This document shows, piece after piece, positions 28,765 through 37,336 of a stretch of 64,000 nucleotides of DNA. The notes under the pieces are model-generated. The model was not told the DNA's origin, made no database searches, and worked only from the letters and a program-made list of their open reading frames with translations. Source of the stretch: an uncultured Ruminococcus sp. Its GTDB lineage: Bacteria > Bacillota > Clostridia > Oscillospirales > Acutalibacteraceae. The number at the start of each line of letters is the position of its first letter. The stretch's first letter is position 1. The position numbers and the translations under genes are program-made. Location: assembly GCA_902802795.1 (NCBI GenBank), contig CADCNI010000002.1, forward strand, positions 10,213 to 74,212, in the 5' to 3' direction.

Positions 28765-29705
28765 CACAGCCGATGAAAGAGAAAACGTCACAGCAGCTCC
28801 AGGGCAGAATACTCAAAGGAATCGGCGGCTTCTATTATGTGGAAGCCGACGGGGTGACGGTGGAATGCCGCGGACGCGGCGTGCTGCGCGGCAAAGGCGG
28901 TCGCTCGGAGCGGGTGACGCCTTTGGCGGGCGATCGGTGCGAAATCACCGTGCACCCGGACGGACTTGCCAGTCTCGACCGGGTGCTGGAGCGACGCAAC
29001 TTCCTGCTGCGTCCACCGCTGGCCAATCTGGATAACCTGTTCATCGTGGTTTCGATGTGCGACCCGTCCCCCAATCCCCTGACGGTGGATCGCTTGATTT
29101 CTCTCGCGGAGTATAAGGGCATCGAACCAATCATCGTGCTGACCAAGCTGGACAAGGCGGAGGAAAACGGCTTTGGGGAACTCTACCGCAAAGCAGGATT
29201 CACCGTGATAGCGGCGGATTACGGCGGCGACAGGGCATTCCTCGATGAGATTTGCGCCGTGATGAAGGATAAAATCAGCGCGTTCGCGGGCAACACGGGT
29301 GTGGGAAAATCCACGCTGCTCAACGCGCTCTGTCCCTCGCTTCACCGCGAAACGGGGGAAACCAGCAAAAAGCTGGGACGCGGCAGGCATACCACCCGCG
29401 AGACAGAGCTGTTCCCGCTGGACTTCGGCGGCAAGATTGCGGACACGCCGGGATTTTCGTCGTTTGACGGCGAATTTGCCGAGGTGGTCTACAAGGAGGA
29501 TTTGCCCGACACGTTCCGCGAATTTGCGGAATATGAGGGACAGTGCCGTTTTACGGGCTGCTCCCACACCTGTGAAAAGGGCTGCGCTGTATTGGAGGCC
29601 GTGCGGCAGGGAAATATTGCGCCGTCGCGGCACGACAGCTATGTGGCGCTTTACAATGAAGTCAAGGATATCAAGGAATGGGAAAAGAAGAAGCCGGCCC
29701 GATAA
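28761..29705 (+). CDS. rsgA: Ribosome small-subunit-dependent GTPase A
   Basis: The circularly permuted GTPase motifs are present (LTKLD, GNTGVGKSTL), with a C-terminal zinc knuckle (CRFTGCSHTCEKGC). Confidence 0.92.
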   Translation: MTQPMKEKTSQQLQGRILKGIGGFYYVEADGVTVECRGRGVLRGKGGRSERVTPLAGDRCEITVHPDGLASLDRVLERRNFLLRPPLANLDNLFIVVSMCDPSPNPLTVDRLISLAEYKGIEPIIVLTKLDKAEENGFGELYRKAGFTVIAADYGGDRAFLDEICAVMKDKISAFAGNTGVGKSTLLNALCPSLHRETGETSKKLGRGRHTTRETELFPLDFGGKIADTPGFSSFDGEFAEVVYKEDLPDTFREFAEYEGQCRFTGCSHTCEKGCAVLEAVRQGNIAPSRHDSYVALYNEVKDIKEWEKKKPAR

Positions 29706-29747
29706 CGGCGGGTTTCCGCCATTCCTGCAAGGAATGAAACAGTAACC

Positions 29748-30371
29748 ATGAAGTGTGTGATTATCGCAGGCGGAGACATTTCCGACTATGATAAAATGAA
29801 GAAGTACATCGACGAGGGAGACTACGTCATTGCCGCTGACAGCGGCCTGAGGCACCTGGCGCCACTGGGCGTGACGTGTGACGAGCTGATCGGTGATTTT
29901 GATTCCCTCGGATATATTCCCGACAATGCCACAGAGGTGTACCCTTGCGAAAAAGACGACACCGACGCCATGCTGGCGGTCAAGCACGGACTGCTCAAGG
30001 GAATGGATCGCTTTGTGATTCTGGGCGGTCTGGGTGGACGGCTCGATCATACGATGGCCAATATCGCCGCGCTGGAATATCTCAGGATTCACGGCGCCAG
30101 CGGCCTCCTGGCGGATGAAAACACTACTGTCCGCATGTTCGGCGCGGGGCAGCAGGTGGAGCCGCTGCTCGGCGAGGGGTATTTTTCAGTGTTTGCCTAC
30201 GGCGGCGGGTCGGTGGTTGTGAGCATGAGCGGCGTGCAGTACCCGGCGGAGAGGCTGCGGCTGCATTCGTATTTCCCGATGGGGGTCAGCAACCGCATGA
30301 CCGATCGGGCGGCGTTTGCCATGACAGTGCATGAGGGCATGGCGCTGGTGGTGGAGTGCCGGATGGGGTAA
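29748..30371 (+). CDS. thiN: Thiamine diphosphokinase
   Basis: It has IIAGGD, GDFDS and KDDTD motifs. The position is the same as B. subtilis yloS. Confidence 0.88.
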   Translation: MKCVIIAGGDISDYDKMKKYIDEGDYVIAADSGLRHLAPLGVTCDELIGDFDSLGYIPDNATEVYPCEKDDTDAMLAVKHGLLKGMDRFVILGGLGGRLDHTMANIAALEYLRIHGASGLLADENTTVRMFGAGQQVEPLLGEGYFSVFAYGGGSVVVSMSGVQYPAERLRLHSYFPMGVSNRMTDRAAFAMTVHEGMALVVECRMG

Positions 30372-30473
30372 CGACGCGGCGGAGAAAAATTTGTCACACA
30401 TTCGCGGCGGTCGCGTATGATGATAGTGACAGCGGAAAAGACGCTGAATCCATCACATACGGAGGTAATACTT

Positions 30474-30554
30474 ATGAAGATCGTCGTCGTCAGAAGTCCC
30501 AAAATGCTCGGAGGTATTCTCAGACTGATGTTTGGCATCAAGAAAGAGGCCTGA
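30474..30554 (+). CDS. spoVM: Stage V sporulation protein M (26-aa amphipathic peptide)
   Basis: This gene is not in the ORF track because it is under 60 aa. GGAGG lies 9 nt upstream of ATG 30474. The translation is MKIVVVRSPKMLGGILRLMFGIKKEA, with stop TGA at 30552. The length, the K-x-LGG core and the position after thiN all match Bacillus spoVM. A strong terminator follows at 30597-30639. Confidence 0.85.
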   Translation: MKIVVVRSPKMLGGILRLMFGIKKEA

Positions 30555-30596
30555 CGGCGTGCCATTGCCGCCGTTTACCGCAAGAAAAAACAGAAG

Positions 30597-30639
30597 ACCG
30601 TTCCGGAAAGGCGCGTTGCTTTCCCGGAACGGTTTTTTT
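30597..30639 (+). terminator. Intrinsic terminator after spoVM
   Basis: The stem accgttccgg / ccggaacggt is followed by T7. Confidence 0.85.
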
Positions 30640-30664
30640 CTACCTGAGCGGTTGACAAAGACAA

Positions 30665-30786
30665 GCGCGCATCGTGTACTCCCTCCGCCGCCTTTCGGCG
30701 GCACCTCCCTCAAAGAGGGAGGCAATCATTGGCTCCCTCTTTGAGGGGGCTGTCGGCGTAGCCGACTGGGGGAGCGCACGACGCGG
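30665..30786. repeat. ~120-bp compound palindromic GC-rich element (REP/MITE-like) made of four mini-hairpins
   Basis: The hairpins are gccgcc-tttc-ggcggc, cctccctc-aaa-gagggagg, (g)ctccctc-ttt-gaggggg(c) and gtcggc-gta-gccgac. They are arranged as two inverted modules around caatcattg. The outer arms tcgtgtactccc / gggggagcgcacga are also inverted. Confidence 0.8.
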
Positions 30787-30835
30787 CGGCAAATATCAGC
30801 CAACCGCTCAGGTGTTTTTTTTTTGGGCATATGGC

Positions 30836-30864
30836 TTGACAAATCTATCAGTCTGATATATAAT
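30836..30864 (+). promoter_or_regulatory. SigA-type promoter, TTGACA-17-TATAAT, for the padR operon
   Basis: The boxes lie at 30836-30841 and 30859-30864. Confidence 0.7.
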
Positions 30865-30885
30865 ACCTATATCAGGCTGATAGAT
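30843..30885. promoter_or_regulatory. 17-bp inverted repeat (16/17 match) overlapping the padR promoter -10: likely PadR operator
   Basis: ATCTATCAGTCTGATAT lies at 30843-30859 and ATATCAGGCTGATAGAT at 30869-30885. The repeat brackets TATAAT at 30859-30864. Confidence 0.7.
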
Positions 30886-30906
30886 CAAAAACGGAGGAAA
30901 TCAAAA

Positions 30907-31455
30907 ATGGCAACGGAGAAGAAGATGGACTGCGTGATTCTCGGATTTCTCAGCGACGGCGAGGCGACGGGGTACGAAATCAAAAAGCGCATCGACACGG
31001 CGCTGCGTTTTTTCTGGGGCGCGAGCTACGGCAGCATTTATCCCACCCTGAGCGAACTGGTGACACGCGGGCTGGCGGTCAGCCGCGAGATTACAGACGG
31101 TGGACGGAGCAAGATTCTCTACACCATCACCGACGAGGGACGGGCGGTTCTGTCACGGTGGCTCATGCAACCTGCCGAACGGGACGAGCTGCGCAGTGAA
31201 ACGCTGCTCAAGCTGTTCTTTGGCAAAGAGGGCGGCGAGGAACAGGCGGCGCAGCATATCCGGGCATTCCGCGCCAAAATCCAAAGCGGACTGGAGGAAC
31301 TGCTGGTGTATGAAAAAGTGCTGCGCTCCTGCCTGCACGACGACCCTGCCCACCGCTATTATCTGGCCACTGTGACCTTTGGCATCAAGACCTATCGCGC
31401 ATGGCTCGAATGGGCGGATGAGAATGCCGAGTGGAAGGATGTGACGGCGAAATGA
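30907..31455 (+). CDS. PadR-family transcriptional regulator
   Basis: The N-terminal wHTH (ILGFLSDGEATGYEIKKRID...GASYGSIYPTLSEL) is typical PadR. A palindromic operator overlaps the gene's promoter. Confidence 0.88.
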   Translation: MATEKKMDCVILGFLSDGEATGYEIKKRIDTALRFFWGASYGSIYPTLSELVTRGLAVSREITDGGRSKILYTITDEGRAVLSRWLMQPAERDELRSETLLKLFFGKEGGEEQAAQHIRAFRAKIQSGLEELLVYEKVLRSCLHDDPAHRYYLATVTFGIKTYRAWLEWADENAEWKDVTAK

Positions 31456-32264
31456 CAGAAACCATCAGAAAATGCAGTGAAAAACATCCGCTGCTGTTTT
31501 CCTTGGCGGTCTTTGGTCTTGTCATGCCCGTAACATGGGGCATCATAACGCCGTGGGTAGAACGAATGCCGACGGTTTGGGGCGGCACTGTCAAATATAC
31601 ACTGAGTTTGCTGGCGGTTATCGGAATCTGCCTTGCCGTGTATGGGAGACTACCGTTTACGGTCGGCGGCAAGGGATTTGTCCGGGGGCTGTTCGGTTTC
31701 GGCTTGCTGGGGTTGATCTGCGCGGTGATGGCGTTTCTTTTCAGCTATCAAACGCCTGTGACCCTGCCGTCAGTTGGCACGGTGACAGGGTTCACGCTCT
31801 ACAGTCTTGCCATTGCGCTGAGCGAGGAATTTTTGTTTCGCGGACTGATACTCAGTCGGCTGCTTTACGCGTGGCGGGACAGACGCGGATTTCTCTGGTG
31901 GTCGGTGACGGCTTGTTCCGTGCTGTTCGGGCTGCGTCACCTGCTCAATCTCATTGAAAAACCGTATGCCCCGGTGTTTACCGTGGGACAGGTGGTGTTT
32001 ACCTTCCTGGCGGGCTTTTATCTTTGCGCGGTGTATCTGCGCACGGAAAATCTCTGGGTGTGCGTGTGCATTCACTTTGCCGAGGATTTTCTCACCGGAT
32101 TCTGGGCTTTGTTTGTTCCGTCGGCGGGGCGGAGCGATGCTTCCGTCGGGAATATGGCGCTGCTCTGCGCCGTGCATTCGGTCTACGTGATTTTCGGCGT
32201 GCTGATGCTGCGGGACAAGCATTTTTCTTATCAACCCATTGACAAAGGAGACGATCAACCATGA
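31452..32264 (+). CDS. CPBP-family intramembrane glutamic endopeptidase (CAAX protease/Abi-like)
   Basis: It has EEFLFRG, FGLRH and HFAEDF motifs in a polytopic membrane protein. The ATGA start overlaps the padR stop. Confidence 0.85.
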   Translation: MTETIRKCSEKHPLLFSLAVFGLVMPVTWGIITPWVERMPTVWGGTVKYTLSLLAVIGICLAVYGRLPFTVGGKGFVRGLFGFGLLGLICAVMAFLFSYQTPVTLPSVGTVTGFTLYSLAIALSEEFLFRGLILSRLLYAWRDRRGFLWWSVTACSVLFGLRHLLNLIEKPYAPVFTVGQVVFTFLAGFYLCAVYLRTENLWVCVCIHFAEDFLTGFWALFVPSAGRSDASVGNMALLCAVHSVYVIFGVLMLRDKHFSYQPIDKGDDQP

Positions 32265-32755
32265 AACGACTGATTCTTTATTATTCTCTCAGCGGACACA
32301 CGCGTGCCGCTGCGGAGCAGCTGGCGGCGCAGACCGCAGCTACCCTCTGCGAGATTCGCACGGTCAAGCCTATGCCGACATCCCGCTTTTCGCAGATCAT
32401 GTACGGCGGCATGCTGTCCTCGTTCGGTCTTTGTCCTAAGCTGGCGGATGAACCGCCGACGGCGGAGGATTTTGACGAAATCATTTTAGGACTGCCCGTG
32501 TGGGCGGGCAAGTGTGCCGCGCCGGTCAGGACGCTGCTGCAAAGGCGGGAAATTCGCGACAAGGTGACGGCGGTCTTTACCTATAGCGGCAGCGGCGACA
32601 ACAGCGGCTGCGTGCGGCAATTGCGTCAGTGGCTCCCTCATCTGAGGGAAACCGTATCGCTGACCGACGAAAGCAATCCTCTCTCCGCGGAGAACGACCA
32701 GAAATGGAGCGCCTTTACAGAAGCGATTCTCGCGGAAAAAGAGGTGCGTTCATAA
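32261..32755 (+). CDS. Flavodoxin-like fold protein
   Basis: The N-terminus (KRLILYYSLSGHTRAAAEQLA) is typical of flavodoxin-family proteins. The ATGA start overlaps the upstream stop. Confidence 0.7.
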   Translation: MKRLILYYSLSGHTRAAAEQLAAQTAATLCEIRTVKPMPTSRFSQIMYGGMLSSFGLCPKLADEPPTAEDFDEIILGLPVWAGKCAAPVRTLLQRREIRDKVTAVFTYSGSGDNSGCVRQLRQWLPHLRETVSLTDESNPLSAENDQKWSAFTEAILAEKEVRS

Positions 32756-32822
32756 AATAATCACATTCTTTCCTGACAAATCTGTTACAATGACAGTATC
32801 ATCAGGAAAGGAATGAAACGAT

Positions 32823-33770
32823 ATGAGAAAACCATTCATCCAATCGCTGGGGTTGCTGCTGGCTGGCGTGATTCTGCTGGCCATGGCGGGCTGTTCGGCG
32901 CTGGACAATTTCATTTCCCCCTCGGATTGGCAGGCAAAGGGGAAAGGAATGCTGGACAACCGAAAGACAATCTCCGATTCCGATGTGAAGCAGCTGGAGC
33001 GAATTGACATTCTCATCGAGGCGCTGGATAAGAAAGACGCGGCGCAGTTCAAGAGCGTGTTTTCCGAGACGGCGCTGGAACTGGCCGATGATATGGACAG
33101 GGGCATCGAATACATTTTCGGTCTTTACCGAGGCTCCTATGTCAAAACGGTGTACCAGAATTATTCCTCCACCAAAAGCTACGGCGAAAAAAACACGGTC
33201 TGCGTGGATTCGGTTTATGTCATTCAGACCACCGAGAGCTTTTACCGCATCTGCTATACCGTCTGGACGGTGCAGGAGAAGAACCCCCGCTCGGTTGGCA
33301 TCTACAGCCTGTTTTTTGAGGAATGCGAAGAAGACCAGAAAGGGGGAGGCGGCGGCTCGATCTTTGCGGGTATCACCTATCCCGAACGCGACGCGGCCGA
33401 ACTCGCGGGGGCGGGGATTGCCAACACCATGATTTGGGGCGATGGAGAAAGACTGCGCGAAGTGCTGTCGGACGAGCTTCTCGCCAAACCGGGCATGGAC
33501 GCGAAGATTCAGGCATTCGCGAAGGAATACAGCAGCATCAACCCCTCCACCGTGGGGGATTCGTGGGTGCGTGTGAGCGAGGATAAGGTAGAGGGCTATT
33601 ATGTCGCCAATACCAGACCGCGCGTCTGCGCGTATTTCTTCATGTCGAAAGAACAGCCGGACAAAATGGGCGGCATGAAGGTGACGCTGATCCGGGAGGG
33701 AAAGACGTTTACCGACTATTCTCTCAAATCGGACGAGGTTGATCTGATTTTCCCGGCGTCGCATATGTAA
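32823..33770 (+). CDS. Lipoprotein of unknown function
   Basis: It has a lipobox (LLAMAGCSALD) after a signal peptide, and a bidirectional terminator lies downstream. Confidence 0.7.
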   Translation: MRKPFIQSLGLLLAGVILLAMAGCSALDNFISPSDWQAKGKGMLDNRKTISDSDVKQLERIDILIEALDKKDAAQFKSVFSETALELADDMDRGIEYIFGLYRGSYVKTVYQNYSSTKSYGEKNTVCVDSVYVIQTTESFYRICYTVWTVQEKNPRSVGIYSLFFEECEEDQKGGGGGSIFAGITYPERDAAELAGAGIANTMIWGDGERLREVLSDELLAKPGMDAKIQAFAKEYSSINPSTVGDSWVRVSEDKVEGYYVANTRPRVCAYFFMSKEQPDKMGGMKVTLIREGKTFTDYSLKSDEVDLIFPASHM

Positions 33771-33780
33771 CACAAGTAAT

Positions 33781-33834
33781 AAACAGCCCCGAAAGGCGCG
33801 GATGTTTGTCCGTTCCTTCCGGGGCTGTTTTTTT
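33781..33834. terminator. Bidirectional terminator between the convergent lipoprotein genes
   Basis: The stem aaacagccccgaaagg / ccttccggggctgttt is followed by a T-run. Confidence 0.8.
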
Positions 33835-33852
33835 GGTGTTTATCGCGGCGGT

Positions 33853-34950
33853 TTATTTCTGAATGTAGCCGCTGACGGCTTTCGTGTACATATCGTCCGT
33901 GATGCTCTGGTATCTGTCGCCCGAATAATCATCGGTAAAGCCGTTGTAAGCTCTGTAGACGTCGCCTGTTTCGGTGTCATACACTCTTTCATAGCCCAGG
34001 GTAGCGTCGCTCTGCTTCTGGCTGATGATGTCATAGGAATTGCTTCTCTTTTCCCACGAATCCATAATCATATCGGACGTCTGGTCATAAATCTGCTGAT
34101 TGGCGCGGATAGTAGAGGTCAGCACCTTTTCTTCGCCGTTGAAGCCGTCGAGAAACGCCTGACTGAACGCGATGGTGCTGAAACAGTAGTCCATGATGCC
34201 CTGCCAGTTGTTGAAATCCTCGTCGGGCGCTGTCATAAAGAGAATATTGTACACATTCAGCGGCGCCACGTCGACCTGCGGACTGTTCAATTTGAACATA
34301 TCGGTGCTGATATAATAGGTGCCGGAGGACATGACAGTGGAGGTGAACAACCCCTGCATGAGTTTATCGTCTTTTGTAAAGGTGGCTCTGAGCAGATCGC
34401 CGCCTAAATTCACCTGTCCCAGATTGTCAATGACCTTGAAATCATTCAGATAGGGGAAGTATTCCTGTTTGAGTTCGTTTTGGTTGGAGAACTTGACGTT
34501 TTTATTCCAGACCTTGTAAAAGGCTTCGGTGGTCTGCGGGTCAATGGGGGTCAGCTTGGAAAAGCCTGCGTCCGGATAATAGCTGGCAAAGGTTTTGCGC
34601 GCTTTTTCACTCTTCAGAAATCCCTCCTGCTTTAAGCCGAAGAAGAACATATAATCGGTATTGTTGGGATTGTACACCTTGAAAGAATAATGGATATAAT
34701 CGACCGGCGCCACCTGAACCGCCCAGCCGGAAGGAATTTTGAGGCTGACCAGTCCGTTGTTGTAGTCATCGTAGGTGATGGCGCTGGTTTCACTCGGGAC
34801 GATCCGGACGGTTTCTCCGTTGACCTTGATGGTGTTTTTGGGGGTACGGGGGGTGCCGCTGCCTGAGTCGTCATCATCACAGGCGACCGCACAGAAGAGC
34901 ATGGCAAGGCAGAGCAGCACACTGCATAAGCGGAACAAACGACGTTTCAT
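33853..34950 (-). CDS. Lipoprotein of unknown function
   Basis: It has a signal peptide plus lipobox (LCLAMLFCAVACDDDD). Its composition is normal, unlike the opposite-strand ORF. Confidence 0.7.
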   Translation of the reverse strand: MKRRLFRLCSVLLCLAMLFCAVACDDDDSGSGTPRTPKNTIKVNGETVRIVPSETSAITYDDYNNGLVSLKIPSGWAVQVAPVDYIHYSFKVYNPNNTDYMFFFGLKQEGFLKSEKARKTFASYYPDAGFSKLTPIDPQTTEAFYKVWNKNVKFSNQNELKQEYFPYLNDFKVIDNLGQVNLGGDLLRATFTKDDKLMQGLFTSTVMSSGTYYISTDMFKLNSPQVDVAPLNVYNILFMTAPDEDFNNWQGIMDYCFSTIAFSQAFLDGFNGEEKVLTSTIRANQQIYDQTSDMIMDSWEKRSNSYDIISQKQSDATLGYERVYDTETGDVYRAYNGFTDDYSGDRYQSITDDMYTKAVSGYIQK

Positions 34951-35063
34951 AATAATCACTCCGATTTATCAAAATAAAAGATATAATTGAGACGCGAGAG
35001 ATAGATACGCGGTTTTTGCTTAAAGAGATTGGCCGGATAGAGAACCAAGTGGGAAGAAAAGCA

Positions 35064-36782
35064 TTAATAGGCGGCGAGCAATTCCTTGACCAGCGCCTGA
35101 ATTTCATCCGCGGCGCTTTCGGTGGGAACTTTCTTCTGCACCGATTTGTCGCGGGTGGAGAGTTCCACGACGCTGTCTTTCATATTGCGCGGGCTGACGA
35201 CGGCTCTCACCGGAATGCCGAGCAGATCGCTGTCGGAGAACATCACGCCGGGGCGCACGTTGCGGTCGTCATAGATCACCTCGACGCCGCGCTTTTGCAG
35301 CTCGTCATAAAGGTTGTCGGCAAAGGCTCTGCACTGTTCGTCGTCGGAACGCACGCAGCAGAGATTGACCTGCCAGGGGGCGATGGAGATCGGCCAGATG
35401 GGACCGTAATCGTCATGATGGGCTTCGCAGACCGACGCGGCCAGACGACCCACGCCGATGCCGTAGCAGCCCATGATGGGATAGTGCATTTCGCCCTCGC
35501 TGTCTACATACTGCATGTTCATGGACTGGGTGTACTTGGTGCCGAGCTGGAAGATGTTGCCCACCTCGATGCCGCGGGAGATTTCCAGCGTCTTTTTGCC
35601 GCAGCAGGGGCAGGTGCCGCCGACGTAAGCTTTGGCAAAGTCGTGGTATTCCACTTCGCCGAAGTCACGCGCCATGTTGAAATTGACATAGTGGTAGTCG
35701 GTTTTGTTGCCGCCGCAGGGGAAGCTGGTCATGCCGATCAGGGAGTTGTCGTAGAGAACGGTTACGCCATCCGGCAGACCTTTGGGGCCGATGAAGCCGG
35801 CCGCAATGCCGCTTTCCTCCGTGATGACCGCCGGATGAATGTCGCAGCCGAGGAAGTTGGTGACCTTGGTTTCGTTTACGTCGAGGTCGCCGCGCAGGAA
35901 GACAATGATGTAGGTGTCGTCCATATTGCGCTGATAGACCACCGCCTTGCAGGTCTTTTCGGGGGTGGTGCCGAGGAACGCGCAGAGATCGTCGATGGTG
36001 TGCGTGTCGGGAGTGTGAACCAGCTGGCATTCTTTCAGTTCCGCGTCGGGGATGTTGTCGGTAATGCACTCGGCGGCCTCCATGTTGGCGCTGTAACCGC
36101 AGTCACGGCAGAGCACGATGGAATCCTCGCCCACGGGGGTGAGCAACATGAACTCATGTGATACGCTGCCGCCCATCATGCCGGAGTCGGACTTGACGGA
36201 GATGGTTTCGGGGATGCCGGCACGGGCGAAGATACGCTCGTAGGCCTTGTGGCAGCGGTCATAATACTGCTCCAAGTCTTCCTGCGAGGTGTGGAAAGAA
36301 TAGGCGTCTTTCATGGTGAATTCACGCACACGGATCATACCGGCGCGGGGACGCGCTTCATCGCGGAACTTGGTCTGAATCTGATAGATCATGAACGGGT
36401 ATTTGGTGTAGGTGGTGGCATAGTCGCGCACCAGATGAACGGCGGCTTCCTCGTGGGTCATGCCGAGCACCATGGGTGTGCCGTTTCTGTCTTTGAAGCG
36501 GAGCAGCTCGCTGGCGATGGAGTTGTAGCGCCCCGATTCTTCCCACAGGCTGCCGGGCATGACGACAGGGAAGAGCACTTCCTGTCCGTCGATCGCATCC
36601 ATTTCCTCGCGGATGATGTTCTCGATCTTTCGGAGAATGCGCTTGAGCGGCATATACTGCGAATAGATGCCGCTTGCCATGAATTTCATGTAGCCGCCGC
36701 GCACCATCAGCGCGTGGCTGTCGATGGAGCATTCGGCGGGTCTTTCTTTGAATCGGTCGCCGACTAGTTTGTCAAGTTTCAT
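35064..36782 (-). CDS. proS: Proline--tRNA ligase (bacterial type with editing insertion)
   Basis: The class II aaRS motifs (FRDEARPRAGMIRVREF, GCYGIGVGR) are present in a ~572-aa protein. ATG 36780-36782 is preceded by GGAGGAA, and a T-box leader lies upstream. Confidence 0.93.
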   Translation of the reverse strand: MKLDKLVGDRFKERPAECSIDSHALMVRGGYMKFMASGIYSQYMPLKRILRKIENIIREEMDAIDGQEVLFPVVMPGSLWEESGRYNSIASELLRFKDRNGTPMVLGMTHEEAAVHLVRDYATTYTKYPFMIYQIQTKFRDEARPRAGMIRVREFTMKDAYSFHTSQEDLEQYYDRCHKAYERIFARAGIPETISVKSDSGMMGGSVSHEFMLLTPVGEDSIVLCRDCGYSANMEAAECITDNIPDAELKECQLVHTPDTHTIDDLCAFLGTTPEKTCKAVVYQRNMDDTYIIVFLRGDLDVNETKVTNFLGCDIHPAVITEESGIAAGFIGPKGLPDGVTVLYDNSLIGMTSFPCGGNKTDYHYVNFNMARDFGEVEYHDFAKAYVGGTCPCCGKKTLEISRGIEVGNIFQLGTKYTQSMNMQYVDSEGEMHYPIMGCYGIGVGRLAASVCEAHHDDYGPIWPISIAPWQVNLCCVRSDDEQCRAFADNLYDELQKRGVEVIYDDRNVRPGVMFSDSDLLGIPVRAVVSPRNMKDSVVELSTRDKSVQKKVPTESAADEIQALVKELLAAY

Positions 36783-37060
36783 TGGAATCGTTCCTCCTGC
36801 AAATGGAAAAGTTATATAATGATAAAAATATAACCGCCCCGAAACGCCTTGGTATATCTGAAAAAAAACCAAGCGGTTCGGGGCGGATTCTAAGCCTGCA
36901 AAAATCCGTGTTACCACCCGAATTCATCCGGCGTAATTTTCTGAAATATACGTCCGCGATGCTCTCGTCGCCCCATAACGCGGGGTAGTCGTCGGAAATT
37001 ACCGTTCCGCCGGTTGGCGCGGCAGACGTTCTCACCGAAGCTCTGGGAATGGGGTTCACT
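36783..37060 (-). promoter_or_regulatory. T-box leader (tRNA-sensing riboswitch) of proS
   Basis: These elements read on the minus strand. Stem I base is gtcggaa...ttccgac, with an AGAG bulge and a GGUGAGA distal-loop motif. The conserved T-box sequence AAUUCGGGUGGUAACACGG lies at plus coordinates 36906-36924. A long terminator follows (ccgccccgaaccgcttggt / accaaggcgtttcggggcgg plus a U-tract, plus coordinates ~36826-36886). Confidence 0.85.
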
Positions 37061-37261
37061 TTCTTCCGACAAAGCCTTTCACCGCGCGGCTTCTCTCTGG
37101 GGTCGGATGGGAAAAGGAAATGGTTCCCGTCATGGCTGTTGTTTTCTATTACGGATTTATTTTACACCATATTTTATCCGAGGTCAAGAGGATTATGGAA
37201 AAAAGAAAAAATTCAACAAAGCGGGGAACGAGGGGGATTTAAAAATATTTTTAAATGTTTC

Positions 37262-37290
37262 TTGACAGGGAACACACTTTGTGATAGAAT
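37262..37290 (+). promoter_or_regulatory. Promoter TTGACA-17-(TGa)TAGAAT for the arsR-sdpI pair
   Basis: The boxes lie at 37262-37267 and 37285-37290. Confidence 0.6.
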
Positions 37291-37336
37291 CTATTTAAAA
37301 AATATTTTAAATACTTTTGCGGCAGGAGGCGGGCAA

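Noticed and set aside
37049-37336. The N-terminal 96 codons of track ORF 37049..37606 (and ORF 37014..37265).
   Set aside because: The start of that stretch overlaps the minus-strand T-box leader, and the consensus promoter of the ArsR gene lies inside it at 37262-37290. The real ArsR start is ATG 37337, behind GGAGG.
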